DNA of 63,500 nucleotides, filler included, from Ministeria vibrans ATCC 50519 (GCA_943704425.1; 6 parts of 6 records of this genome joined end to end with filler, not necessarily neighbours in it), one strand, 5' to 3'. Positions 23,708-38,338 are shown, counted from the whole stretch's first letter. The notes: generated by a model not told the origin, from the letters alone. Translations and numbers: made by a program.

Positions 23708-24688
23708 ATGTCTCTTCGCGCCGCTGCCATTGCCTTGGTGGCCGCGCTGCATTTCACAATGGCAGAACCTCAATTGGCAACGCTTGGGTATCTTCCCGAG
23801 TGGCGCTACGGGGGCGTCGACTTCGAGGAGCTGTGCGAGAATCTGTCGCACTTGATATTCTTTTCAATCGAAATGGACGAAACGGGCGCGTTGACTGCGA
23901 TGGATCGCTTCCCCAACGAGGCCCAATTAGACAGGGCGCGTGCTGCTGCGTCGCGCACCGGAACAAAGCTTTTGGTTTCGTTTGGGGGCAACTCACGCAC
24001 CGGCGGATTCCCAGCCATGGCGGCGCACAGGGACACACGGCGCACCTTCATTCACAACTGCATCGGGCTCCTTTCGCGCCACCAGCTGCACGGCATTGAC
24101 TTGAACTGGGAGTACCCGCGCACCGAGGCCGACTGGCGCAACCTGGTGCTGCTGCTGGTGGAGCTTCGCGAGGCGTTGGACGCACTAGGCGCTGCTGTGC
24201 TCACCATGGCGTATTACCCCGATCGTCGTCAGGAGGCGATTTTGGCTCAGAGCGCTGCGTTTGCCAGTGTTGATTATGTGATGAGCATGTGCTATGACCA
24301 GCGTGGCCAACACTCCACCTGGGAGTTTGCTGTGCGGGCGGTACAGCAGGCGCGTGACGCTGGCATTCCCGACTCAAAACATGCCCTGGGTGTGCCATTC
24401 TACGCACGAAATGTGCGCACGGGTGATTGGAAGACATACGAAGAGATTGTCAAGGAGCTAGGTGGGGATGTGGCAGTGCGCACCAGCGACGACACGTACG
24501 GGGAGTTCTTTTTCAATGGCGTCGATATGATCCGACGCAAGACGCAACTGGCACTTGACTCCTCGCTAGGCGGGCTGATGATCTGGGAAGTGGGTCAGGA
24601 CACACACCCTCGCACTAGCTCCGTGTCACTGTTGCGCGCCATACAGACTGTTCTTCACGCTGGCGTCGGCTCAAAGGACGATTTATGA
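23708..24688 (+). CDS. Secreted glycoside hydrolase family 18 (chitinase-like), intronless
   Basis: Signal peptide; GYLPEW, LLVSFGG, HGIDLNWEYP, MCYD, LGVPFYAR, LGGLMIWEVGQD. Confidence 0.9.
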   Translation: MSLRAAAIALVAALHFTMAEPQLATLGYLPEWRYGGVDFEELCENLSHLIFFSIEMDETGALTAMDRFPNEAQLDRARAAASRTGTKLLVSFGGNSRTGGFPAMAAHRDTRRTFIHNCIGLLSRHQLHGIDLNWEYPRTEADWRNLVLLLVELREALDALGAAVLTMAYYPDRRQEAILAQSAAFASVDYVMSMCYDQRGQHSTWEFAVRAVQQARDAGIPDSKHALGVPFYARNVRTGDWKTYEEIVKELGGDVAVRTSDDTYGEFFFNGVDMIRRKTQLALDSSLGGLMIWEVGQDTHPRTSSVSLLRAIQTVLHAGVGSKDDL

Positions 24689-24852
24689 TGACGATGGGTT
24701 TTAATAATTCTATACTAATCTTAATAATTATTAATAATAATTATTATTATTTTAATAATTATTATTATTGTCAATAGTATTATTGGTAGCATGTGTGTCT
24801 ATATTAATAATTATTATTGTAATTACACTTCTATTATACATGGGTCCGAATC

Positions 24853-26046
24853 TCACATCCCTGGTTTAAAGTATATGTCAATGTTTTTGCGGTCAGAATA
24901 CATCTGAGCAGATGCAATAGCACGGCAGAGAAGCGTCCAAGAGCGACTGGGAAGAGCCGCACACAAAGGCGCCACTGCTGTTGGATAGTATTTGCTAGAG
25001 CGGAACATCCATCCATCGACTGCGGCGTACACGGCGACCGGATCGTGAGTGAGGCGGCGGACTGCGTCAAACCACTCGACGAAGGCATGCGGGTCGAGAC
25101 GCATCGTGAGCGACACCCGCTGAGTGTTGGTGGCACCAAGCAGTGCACCAAGACCGTAGAGACAGCCATAGCGCTGGTGGGGCTGTGTAAGAGTGATACA
25201 CAGATAGGACGAACGCGAATAGTGGCCATTGGGTGTGAGGCACACGCTCGCAGGGCAGTCGCGAGCAAACCGCCATGCGTACTGAAAACACGCCGCTGGA
25301 ATAACACTCTCAAGACACGGCTGCCATTGCGTGGTGGGTCCTGCCTGGTAGTTCGTTGCCGAGAGCAAATGCTGCATGTAGACACCGCCCGCACAATAAA
25401 ACTGTTTGTGTCGATTTCCCATTCGCCAGCAGGCGATCAGTGCATCGTCGGATGTCATCGAAAGCATAGTATAGATATGTCCGACAGCATGGGCACACTC
25501 GGTGATAGAGAAAATCGTTGAGGCGACGCGACAGATCGCTTCAATGGGGGTGTCGAAGGCAGCGAGCTGAGTGCCGTTGAGCCGTTGCAACGCGTTCACT
25601 TCATTGACCGCCATGTGAACGACAATGCCGTCGTAGGTCAACAGCAGACCCTCGACAATGCCGTGAAAGCAGCCGGCTCCACACAGCGTGCCGCAAGTGA
25701 CGATGAGCGCGGCAGCCTCGTCGCTCACCGTCGTCGTCGAAGGGAACGGAGGATCCCTTAAAAGACGGGTTGCGGCGACGCCAACAACGTGCGATGCGGC
25801 ATGGCAAGACGTCGGCTTGGTATCCAGCGACACTATTACGTTGTGGAGGCTGTATTCTTGCAGGTAGGGCATCATTTCGTCCACCTAAAGTACAAGCGTC
25901 ATACCAATTCATCATTGGTGACACAATCAGTGTTTCTTTCGTGCCGTCATATGAGCCACATTTTCAGGACTTAGGCTATCCAACGGTGGAAGTTGATCGC
26001 TTAGAGCGCTGCCAACTAGCAGGAGTAGCAGCGAGGTAACAAGCAT
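24853..26046 (-). CDS. Secreted Cys/His-repeat protein of unknown function (5' structure unresolved)
   Basis: Repeats CHAASHVVG, CGAGCFHGIVE, CAHAVGH, CAGGVYM, GCLYGLG. An upstream signal-peptide-like MLVTSLLLLLVGSALS lies in a different frame. Confidence 0.65.
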
Positions 26047-26419
26047 GAAAGTGATGAAACATTTGATTCGATAATTGATTTAAATGATTACTGACCATAA
26101 GGAATGATATAAAAGTGCACTGGTAAGTACATTCCTACGTGTCTGCCTGACGCTGCGGTCGCTTCTTGGATCCTTGAAAGAGGCGTTGATTGAGCATGTC
26201 CCATTCCGGATTGATCACGACGGCATCAATGGTCAGCGCCTGAGTGGGCCNNNNNNNNNNNNNNNNNNNNNNNNNNNNNNNNNNNNNNNNNNNNTTAATT
26301 AATTAANNNNNNNNNNNNNNNNNNNNNNNNNNNNNNNNNNNNNNNNNNNNCTCTCTCTCTATCACTTTGTTTCTTTCTCCTCTATCTCTCTCTGTGTTTC
26401 ACATTCAATGTGCTAGCAC

Positions 26420-26910
26420 CTGTAATGTGAAGTGCGGGTCGGAGTCTGCGGTGATCTCGCCGAAGATGAAGCGGGCAAACGAGAGGTCAGAGTGCAAGGA
26501 AACGTGCGGCTTGAGAATGTCTACCACCAAGTTGACACCCGCTGTGTCGCCTTGCCTGAAGAAGTATCAGAGAACGGTGATTGACGTGAGAGAGGTCAAA
26601 ACAGCACACTGATCAACTCAATGTACTTGTGGAAGGCATTGATGATCTGGGAGAGGGAGCCTTCAGGGGCCACGGACAGCCTGCCCAAGAAGGGCACGAC
26701 GTCGCGCAGGGGGGACAGGTCGTTGTCGGTGCGCGCCTTGGCACACGCCCTGTCGACGATGCGCTCGAGCGTCCTGGCCGGCATGACGACGGAGGGGTCG
26801 CTGAGCAGCAGGCTCTCGAGGCGCATGATGCTGGCTTTCACATTGCTCTTGGTGATCGTGGATGTCAGCGTCTGGATTTCCTTCAGCGTGTACTTGGTGA
26901 GTGGCTGCAA
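26420..26910 (-). CDS. Unidentified helical protein fragment (spliced, runs into gap; 26137-26250 may be its last exon)
   Basis: GC-rich codon usage and splice-like boundaries. No family recognised. Confidence 0.45.
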
Positions 26911-27315
26911 CGCCCAAGAGACAACGTGTCAGCGCAAGCGATCAGAAAAAAAAAAAAAAAACGACAACCACGCGCCAATGCTGCGCCCACACACCACTCT
27001 TTCATGCGGATCAGTCGTACAGAGGCATCCGGCGCCGATGCAAGGCTGTGGCGAGCGCGACAAGCCACCGGTCGCAGTGCGTGAAGGGTTGCCAGACTTT
27101 TCCACTCCACTCGCAACGCGACACCACGAGAAAGTCGCCACAAAGCGATCATCCCAGCTTCACGCGTTTCTACTCTAAACGATACACGGAATGCACTACA
27201 AAATAAATACTAATCATATGATTTTATTCTTAGACTAGTTGAGTCGAATAATCGTCAATAATTTAATCTGTTTAAATTTTAATCACTTTTATATATCAAC
27301 AGTATCCCATCCCTG

Positions 27316-27392
27316 ATGTCTCGTGGTGGTGGTCGAGTTGCATCGCACTCGCGGAGTGCTACAGACAGTGAAGATCTCAAAGCGTACGTTTT

Positions 27393-27429
<37 letters not shown>

Positions 27430-29302
27430 AAAGAGAAAAAAACGAAAAGGGAAAAAGGAAAAACGAGTGCGGTGGCAAGAGACAGTGAGAATGCGAGGGG
27501 AATGTGGTCGAGACGGGTAGCGGGGTGGATGGAGGCGGCCGGGGCAGCCGGCGTGCGCTCGTACGCACCCTGGGACACTGCGCAGGCGCTCCTTTGCGCT
27601 GTGGGTCGATCACGAATGTTCGTCCGCTTTGCAAGTTTGACTCTCGATCGGACGCCCCGCTTTTCGCGCGCTCAACAGACCCCACTGACCGTCTTGCCCC
27701 CCTGGGCATGCGTAGTTTCCCGGCAGAGCACCGAGAGAAGATTACACATGTGCGCGATGTGATGCCTGGCTTCGAACTCGAAAAGATCTATGCGACGCTG
27801 AAGGAGTACGGCATGGACACCGACGCAGCCGTACTGGCACTTGTTAGCTCAGGGTACGACCCCTCCCTTGCCTATTCTCCCCTTCTCTCTCCCTCTTTTT
27901 TTTTTTACTTCCTTTTTTTTTTTTTTTTTTCTTCTGTTCGTCCGACCATTTGGCGTTCTCTCTTGGTGTATTCGACTTGCTTCTCTGCTTAACGGACCCC
28001 ATTGTGAATGTGCAGTGAAAGTACCGCGTGGGTTTCGAACGACAAGAAGGCGCGCAAACAGCAACAACAACAACAACAACAACAACAACAGACGGGTCGT
28101 TACCGCGACGACAGGTACAGCAACCGCCAAGATCGGGCGACTGGACCGCCTCGCAGCCGTTCCGATGGACCTCACGGTGCTGCTCAGGGTTCGAGAGGCC
28201 CGCGCGGTGCTCCCGGTTCGGCAGGAGCCTCCTCCTCGCAAGTGGCGCGCAAAAATGTCGCACCGTCGTCTGTCTCGTCGTCTGCACCGCCTGCTGCTGG
28301 CAAGCCTTCGACGGCGGCCGTTGTCTCTGTTGTCTCTGTTGCTGGCGCAACACCCGCTGCTAATGCAGCGGCGCCTGCAGACGACACAGACGACATGCCT
28401 GCGTTGCTGGCGACCAAGGCGAATGGCGTGAACGCCTCGACGTCCGTTGGTAATGCCCCTCCCGTCTCCAAGGTGCGCGCTGGGTTCTCATACGCCTCGA
28501 TGGCCGTCAAGTCACTGCAGCCTGCGCCTGTCGCTCCCAAGCCCGTCGCCGCACCGGTCACTGTAAAGCTCGTGCCGCAGCCGACTCCCGCCGAGTCTGC
28601 TCCCAACACTTCGGTAGTCTCGTCAACAGCCGCTGCAGGCAACGCACCTGCAACAACAGACGCAGCTGGCGCGACCGAGGTTAAGGGTCGCCAACCGCGA
28701 AAGGGACGTCAGCCCAAGTCTGCTGGAGCAGCAACAGCAACGACAGCATCTGCAACGGCAGTCGCCGGAAACGCCTCCACTGCCACGGCTGAGTCGGCCG
28801 GCAACGCAAATGCGGCCGTAACCGACTCCGCTGCCGCAGTGAAAGAAGCAACACCTATTGAGAGTGGTGCTCATGCTCAGCCTGCACAACGCCCCGTCGC
28901 CAAGTCGTCCGAGTCGGTCATCATGCCTCAGGGAGCTGGTGTTCACGACATCACCTTCCAGTTTGGACACATTGGCTTTGGCTTTGGCGGTATCAGCGCC
29001 CCATCTACTGCCATTGCGCCCGCCGCACCCGTCGCCGCTCAGCAGCAGCAGCAACAGCAGCAGCAACAGCAAACGTCTGTTGCCCCGTCTGCTGCGCCTG
29101 CTCAGACTGCGCCCGTCTCGTCGCAGGCACGCGCTCCCGGCCACCAAGATAGCCAACAGCAGCCTTTGGTGTCTTCGTCGACACTGCCCGAGAGCCTCCA
29201 TCTGTCCAATACACCCGGCGCACTCAGCGCACCCGGCGGCAACCGTCAGCAACAACAACAACAGCAGCAGCAGCAGCAACAACAACAACAGCAGCAGCAG
29301 GT

Positions 29303-29335
<33 letters not shown>

Positions 29336-30001
29336 TCAGGCTCAGCAGTCTGCTCCCCAACAGGCGCAGCAACCTCAGCAACAGCAGTCTCAGCAGGTGC
29401 AACAGCAACAGCAACAACATCACCACCAGCAACAGCAACCGCCGCAGCAGCAACAACACCAGCAGATTCCCCCGCAGCAGCAATACTCGAGCTACCAGGC
29501 GGGTGGCGGTGGCGGTGGCGGTGGCGTCTACCAGGGATACAACAGCAACGGGCGATTTGGCGGCAGCTCGGGTGGTGGACCCCAGTCGCGTCGCAAGGAC
29601 CGCAAGGGACGTGGTGGCCACCAGGATGGCTATGGCCACAGCCAAAGCATGCACATGCCTCAGGGCAGCGACATTAGCTACGGCCCGTCGGGCGGCTACT
29701 TTGCCAACCACCCGAGTGGCGCCGACATGAGCCACGTCGATCCGCTCGCCTTCCAGAACTACATGCCGGGCCCCAACTCGTTTGGCATGCAACACATGTA
29801 CATGTACGACGATAGCATGCGTGCCAACATGCCGCCTTTCTATGACCCTATGCAGTATGGTGGCCCACCCCATCAGCAGCAGGCTCATCAACAGCAACAG
29901 CAGCAGCAGGCACACCATGCCCCGCAACACCAGGCGCAACATCAGCAGCACCAGCAGCAGCAGCATCAACAGCAAGCGCAGCAACAGCAAGCGCAGCAAC
30001 C

Positions 30002-30032
<31 letters not shown>

Positions 30033-30908
30033 TTGCCTTCGGGTCTGTCCACCGGTCTTCCAACTGACACATCGTCGTCGTCACCCTCGACCTTGTCGGC
30101 TGCTCCCGGCGCTGTCGGTGCTGGCAGCGGAAATGCCGCGACCACTGACGCCTCGTCGTCGTCGTCGCCCTACGACGTGAGCCTTCAGCGCTCCATGCAG
30201 TCTCAACAAGCGTCATCGACGTCTCTGCCGCAAGGCCAGCAGTACCTGCAACAGCAACAGCAGCAGCATCAGCAGCAACCCCAACCCCAGCAACAGCAGC
30301 AACAACATGCGTACGGTGGTGTGCCCAGCTATGGCTACCCTGCCGGCTACGGCTACTACGGTGGCCAGTACTTCCCGCAAGCCAACATGAACTACCTCCC
30401 TGCGCCCAGCTACTTGCCCCCACCTGCCTCCAAGCCGACCAGCAGCGGCTACAGCAACAAGGGCGCCGTGACAAGCGCCGGCTATGTTGGCCAGTCGAGC
30501 TTTGGCGCGGCAGGATCGCCGTCGACCAACGCGACGGCCGCGTCGGGCTTCCCTGGCGCCGCCCCGGCCTCGTACGCCACGTCGGATGCACCGGCAACGT
30601 CGACGTCGACAGGAGCGACGACCGCCAGTGACGCCCAGGCAGCCGGACAGTTCTCCAGCTCGCCCCGCGATTTCCCAGCTTCGTACGGCCTCACGTCGTC
30701 CGCTTTTGGCGGTGCCTCGACAGGCGCCGGCAGCGCAGGCGCATCTGGAGCCAATGCCACCGGCGGCAGCGGCAGCGCCACCAGCGCCACTGCCAACCCC
30801 GTTGCCGGTGACTTCAGCGCCTCTCCCTACGCCTCCTACGCCTACTCTGCGTCTGCTGGCGGTGGCGCCTCTGCTTCCGCTGCTCCCGGTCACCGTTTAC
30901 TCCAATAA
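27316..30908 (+). CDS. UBAP2/UBAP2L/Lingerer (Def1-like) protein: UBA/CUE-like domain plus Q/S/A/G/Y-rich disordered region
   Basis: EKITHVRDVMPG...IYATLKEYGMDTDAAVLAL is UBA/CUE-like. VIMP...ITFQFGHIGFG resembles the conserved UBAP2 motif. Long polyQ and Tyr-rich tracts; introns at ~27384-27520 and ~27854-28015. Confidence 0.65.
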
Positions 30909-30993
30909 ACGAAAATACTCAACTCTTTAAAAACGGTTACTCTTTTTTTATGTCAGTCACAATACTTTTCTCATTCTTATGTGATCGATCAGG

Positions 30994-32932
<1,939 letters not shown>

Positions 32933-33239
32933 CCCTAAATCTATGGACAATTTATTATGAGAAGTAACAAAAAGTAGAAAAAATGATTAACAATGATTAA
33001 CATCAATTGAGTTTACGCAAGACTAAACATCGTGCGCCATTAGTTGACGCAAACATTCTTGATTGCGTCTCGCCCTTATTGTCCAATTCTTGGCAACTTA
33101 AAACGACAAGTAAGCTTGGAACCAAGTGTGAAAGGCAACATAAAGTAGAATATTGTAATAATGATAATGATCTGTACGTAATAGTTCTCTCTCTCTCTCC
33201 CTCTCTGTATATATATATATATATATTATATCTTTCTGC

Positions 33240-35935
33240 TCAAACAATGCTCTCAATGACGCTCTTGCAAATGTCCGTCAGCGATAGACCGTCGCAAATA
33301 AACAGTCCTAGTTTGAGCAGGAGGTTCGCAATGGTCTGCAAAATGCTGCTCAGGTCGACGCTTAGATCAAACTTGACTGCGTTGCCAAAGATAACGGCGT
33401 CCATCTTGACACCAATGGTGCCGCGCAACTGGCCGGGGTACAGCTCAAAGTTGACCTGGAGCAAGCGCAAATCAAACGCCTGCATAAACAGACCGACAAG
33501 ACCGTCGATCATAGACAGGCCCAGATTGCCAACACCTCGAGCGAGTCCCACGGCGGCGTCGCACAGGAAGAAGCGCGCCTCGCGATGCAACGCCATCTGC
33601 GTCTGCGGAATATACTCGTGTGCATCAGGATTGGCCACCACTAGCACATCCGCAATCGACTCGGGTGCGTACTCGACGACACGACGCTCGCGCGCGCGTG
33701 GCTTCGCCTTGGCACAGTGACCATAGGCATCATGAAGGCGGCTGTGCCACGCACACTCGCCCGAAAGACAGTCGCGGTCCTCAAGACAACCCTTGCCCGC
33801 CGGCACCTCACCAATGGCCCACCAGCAGCGTCCGTCAGTGCCGTTGCGCGGATCCACAGGTGATGCACACTCGTACTTCCACTCACCATCCTCAATGAAC
33901 CACTTCTCAGTGTCGTGCGCGTCAAACAGACTGGTCATCGACGCCGACACGCTACGCAGTCGTGTTAGCTGTGCGTACAGCTGCTCGTCTTCCGCCTCAA
34001 AGCGCGGCGGCACCAACGGCACCCAGCGTCGTCGCTCTTCCTCCTCCTCCTCCGCGTCGACCAGGCCACGTCGCTTCACAAGCAACGCCTCCTCGTCAAT
34101 GGTCTGCGTCTCCCACTCGTACTCAATCGACTCTTCCTCCACCGCCTCCATCGGCTGACGCACCTGCTGGAAGCGCTCCTCGGCAAGCGCAGACTCGCGC
34201 GCAAACTCCACCTCAAACGGATCAATCTCGTCGTGAGCTGTGCGTCTGCGCATCTGTCGCTCCGCCATGCGCTCGCCAACCTCCACATCGCGCGAGCGCG
34301 CCTCCTCCATCTCCTCCCCTTNNNNNNNNNNNNNNNNNNNNNNNNNNNNNNNNNNNNNNNNNNNNNNNNNNNNNNNNNNNNNNNNNNNNNNNNNNNNNNN
34401 NNNNNNNNNNNNNNNNNNNNNNNNNNNNNNNNNNNNNNNNNNNNNNNNNNNNNNNNNNNNNNNNNNNNNNNNNNNNNNNNNNNNNNNNNNNNNNNNNNNN
34501 NNNNNNNNNNNNNNNNNNNNNNNNNNNNNNNNNNNNNNNNNNNNNNNNNNNNNNNNNNNNNNNNNNNNNNNNNNNNNNNNNNNNNNNNNNNNNNNNNNNN
34601 NNNNNNNNNNNNNNNNNNNNNNNNNNNNNNNNNNNNNNNNNNNNNNNNNNNNNNNNNNNNNNNNNNNNNNNNNNNNNNNNNNNNNNNNNNNNNNNNNNNN
34701 NNNNNNNNNNNNNNNNNNNNNNNNNNNNNNNNNNNNNNNNNNNNNNNNNNNNNNNNNNNNNNNNNNNNNNNNNNNNNNNNNNNNNNNNNNNNNNNNNNNN
34801 NNCACCTCAAACGGATCAATCTCGTCGTGAGCTGTGCGTCTGCGCATCTGTCGCTCCGCCATGCGCTCGCCAACCTCCACATCGCGCGAGCGCGCCTCCT
34901 CCATCTCCTCCCCTTCTTCCGCTTCGATACTAAACTCGGGCTCGGTCACTTCCATCTCCTCTGACACCATTTCTTCCATGTCGTCGTCGTCGTTGTCGTC
35001 GCGACGCGCCACCTGCAAGTGGTGAACAAAGCGGTCGGGGAACGCACTGCTCGGCACTGCCGTCTTTCCGCCATACAGCATGGGCATATCGCTGGCGTCC
35101 GCCGAGCCCATACCATACAGCGTCACAACATCGCGGGTCGACCACAGTGCAATGGTTACCAGATGCGCCTGCCCGATGGCCTGCGCCTTGTGCGCATTGA
35201 ACACGGCCGCCGTCGCTGTGCATTGCAGCTGCACAACGGCGCGACCCGTCGACACAAAACCGGCCTCTTCGCATCGGATCGAAGGGTTCGCTGTCGTGTG
35301 ACGCTGCTCCAATGCACTCTCGTAGGTGGCCCACGCAACGCGCGACGACGTCGACGTCGCGTCCAAAAGAGGCACACCCATCAACACCTCGCCCGTAATC
35401 ATGTCGGCAGCGCAATTCTCGCAGGCCACAAAGAGCACGAAGCGGTCGTCGGCGGCCGGTGTCTTCGTGAAGCCATTGAACTGGAGCACGACCGAGGTCG
35501 CGCTCGTCGCCCTCCAGCTGACATTGTTCATCTCCACGCGCACGGGCACAAACACCTCGCCCACCGCCGAGTAAGTCCAGCCGGCGGAGACACTCGCGTC
35601 AAACTCAGCGCCCGCTGCAAACACATGCTTCTCCATCTTGTACTGGGGTGACGGAATGCACGTTGCCAGACCCGTCGAGCTTGCCAAACATCGCTGCAGC
35701 GACTCGTCCTCAAAACCGCGCGAGCCACGTACGCACTGGCCAAACTTAGCCGGGTTGCACTGTGAGCCCACAGGCAAATCGCCCTCACCGCTGTAGGGAC
35801 ACTCGTTCTTGATGAGCTTCAGGAATGGCTCATTGCACGCAAATTCACATTTGTTGTTGACACAAAGGGCGTGGCCACGCGGTGCCGGCAGACAGTGCGA
35901 CGTTTCCGTGCACTTCATGCCCTGTGGGATGTCCC
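33240..35935 (-). CDS. Large extracellular-type protein with Cys-rich modules and acidic linker; 5' end lost in gap
   Basis: Long open frame on both sides of an internal N gap; several Cys clusters (CTETSHC, GKGCLEDRDCLSGEC). Confidence 0.6.
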
Positions 35936-36035
35936 NNNNNNNNNNNNNNNNNNNNNNNNNNNNNNNNNNNNNNNNNNNNTTAATTAATTAANNNNNNNNN
36001 NNNNNNNNNNNNNNNNNNNNNNNNNNNNNNNNNNN

Positions 36036-36089
<54 letters not shown>

Positions 36090-36162
36090 ACTCTCTCATT
36101 GCTTATTGTCTGACTGTCTCACTGTCACTCTCTCATTGTCAGTGGCTGCACCGCGCCTTACA

Positions 36163-36356
36163 TAAGGATGAACCTTGAGTTTCCTCGTGAGGGAGTGCTG
36201 CTCGGTCATGATGGCGCCCAGGCCAAACTCCACCAGGTAGACGGCGGGGAAGAGGCGCTGGAGTTCAGCGGGCGACGGCAGCGCAGACGCCATCTCGTCC
36301 ACGGCCGTCCGCACGTGGACGCGGTAGTTGGTGCATGGACACGCGAGTAGGACCAT
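36163..36356 (-). CDS. First exon of an uncharacterised protein with an N-terminal CxC motif
   Basis: MVLLACPCTNYRVHV..., then donor GTAAGG; the rest is lost in the gap. Confidence 0.45.
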
Positions 36357-36772
36357 TCGCGAAGTGAGGGGGGCAGCGACGGGGCGACCGTGACGGAGAG
36401 AGAGAGACAAGAAAATTGAATATTGAATATTCTATTGGAAAATGATCAGTTCTTCTATCGCACTTATCCTTATCTTTAGGGCGCTGTGTTGCGACATTGA
36501 GGATGTATTAAGCGGCGTATTCCAGCTTGCACAATACCATGCATCATCCTTAATGCCTGATGCCTTCCCGACCAGCGTCTTCTCGTGTGTGCTTGACATT
36601 TACATTAAATAAAAAAAATCAACCCGCCAAAAAATCAAAAAAAATATATATATTTTTTTTTTGCCTTCTGTGTCTCAGTCTCTGTCTCAACGACGCAGAG
36701 TCGTGAGGTTACAACCAGTGCAGTAATATTATATATCTATATCTATATACAATATATATATTACTCAGTGCT

Positions 36773-38338
36773 ATGTCAGTGCTCTTCGGCGACAGCGATG
36801 AGGCTCGCAGAGTCATTGCCGAGCTGAGCGCCGAGAGCCACAGTGGCGTCGCCAGGCAACCAGATCCACCGTCAGCTGTCCTCGCCGCGCGCGACACGAC
36901 CACCGCCGCCACCATACCAGATCAATCGGTGCCAGACATGGGTGGCGAGCGCTCATCGCGAGATCCATCCGCCGCCAGCTATTCGGGACGACGACGAATC
37001 TCGTTGAATTCGTCAAATCACACGACGCCTGACAGCCCCGCGCCAATTACCCTCACCTCAAAAGTCCACCGAACCCACGACGTGAGCCCCTTGCAACCCC
37101 GCAAGCGTAGCATTGACTCCAACGCCGACTCGCTCGACGGCGATACATCAAATGCGTCGCTGACCCTCATGATCAACAGTCCAAAAATGCTTGTGTACTC
37201 TCCGCCATTGCTCCCAATTCGTTCCACCGGCGACATCTTCGACATTGCCGATCAAGCTCCATCGTCATCGCCCACATGCGACTCTCCCATCGCCAGGGTC
37301 ACCTTTGCCGAGGGCACTCGCTTTATCCCCGCACATCGACCTTGGTCCGACCGCCTTCCCCACCTGCCCGTACGCTCCTCCCAAACCACCCAAAAGGCTT
37401 CTTACCGTGCTCTCCATGTAAAACAACGACACCTCCAACAAAAACAACATCAAAATCATCATCATCATCAACAACAACAGCATCATCAACAACAACAACA
37501 ACAACCAAATCGCGATCCAGACACATTTGATTGCGACGATCCCGTCGGATTTGCCGTCGACGGCCTGCTCTCGTCCAACCGCAAAACATCGTGGGACCTC
37601 CGCTCGGTGGTAGACCGTCGTCTCTTGTCCGATGCGTGGAAACAAGTAGATGTGCTGCTCCGGCAACCGTTAGGCGAGCGCACGCTGCCCTTGTCGAGCC
37701 CTCGTCTGGTCACCCTTGTGTCACAAGGACGCGCTCCGTTACAGCCCTTGGCCGAATGGCTCGCCCAGCAAGCAACTCTCACCGAGAGCATGACACACCG
37801 CGAAGAGGAGCATGCGCGTCGTCTCGAGACCCTCGAACTGCTCGCCATTGTCGAAGAACAAGAGGCCCAACACCAACACCTTCTTCTAGACGCTCCATCA
37901 ATCTCTACTCCATCACGTGCACCTCCAGTCAAACCTTCCCGTGAATCGCCCAGTCGCATCCCCAAACCTACTCCCCGACTCATCCGTCCTCTCACCCTCG
38001 ACGAGCTTGCCTCCCCCGCCCGCTCCAACCTCCTCCTCGCCACACCCACCTCCCGTCGCACCACCCCTCCCACATCTGCCTCACCTTCTGCATCCTCAGC
38101 GCACGATCCTCCTCCTCCTAGTCCACGCCGTCCCTCGTTCAAACCCCACAAGGGCCCTCTTCCGTCCCTCCCTCTCGCTCGAACCTCCTCTGGTCGTCCC
38201 TCTAATATGGGCTCCCTCCAACACACTCAACAGCGCGACAAGGCCCTGAAACGAAAGGAATACGCTGAGCAAGTCCGTCGCCAATTTAAAGCGCAACAAC
38301 TCCAAAAGCATTCCGCAAAGCCCCTCACAACTGTCTAA
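36773..38338 (+). CDS. Intronless, mostly disordered S/P-rich protein with short coiled-coils
   Basis: 521-aa ATG-initiated ORF. C-terminal KALKRKEYAEQVR weakly recalls the ciliary protein JHY. Confidence 0.6.
   Translation: MSVLFGDSDEARRVIAELSAESHSGVARQPDPPSAVLAARDTTTAATIPDQSVPDMGGERSSRDPSAASYSGRRRISLNSSNHTTPDSPAPITLTSKVHRTHDVSPLQPRKRSIDSNADSLDGDTSNASLTLMINSPKMLVYSPPLLPIRSTGDIFDIADQAPSSSPTCDSPIARVTFAEGTRFIPAHRPWSDRLPHLPVRSSQTTQKASYRALHVKQRHLQQKQHQNHHHHQQQQHHQQQQQQPNRDPDTFDCDDPVGFAVDGLLSSNRKTSWDLRSVVDRRLLSDAWKQVDVLLRQPLGERTLPLSSPRLVTLVSQGRAPLQPLAEWLAQQATLTESMTHREEEHARRLETLELLAIVEEQEAQHQHLLLDAPSISTPSRAPPVKPSRESPSRIPKPTPRLIRPLTLDELASPARSNLLLATPTSRRTTPPTSASPSASSAHDPPPPSPRRPSFKPHKGPLPSLPLARTSSGRPSNMGSLQHTQQRDKALKRKEYAEQVRRQFKAQQLQKHSAKPLTTV

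Noticed and set aside
28623-30032. Long antisense poly-Leu ORF and similar shadow ORFs throughout the window
   Set aside because: Reverse-frame products of GC-rich or CAG-repeat coding sequence.
34209-34915. ~113-bp direct repeat around a 480-N gap
   Set aside because: Probably an unmerged contig overlap; a real tandem repeat cannot be shown from this sequence.
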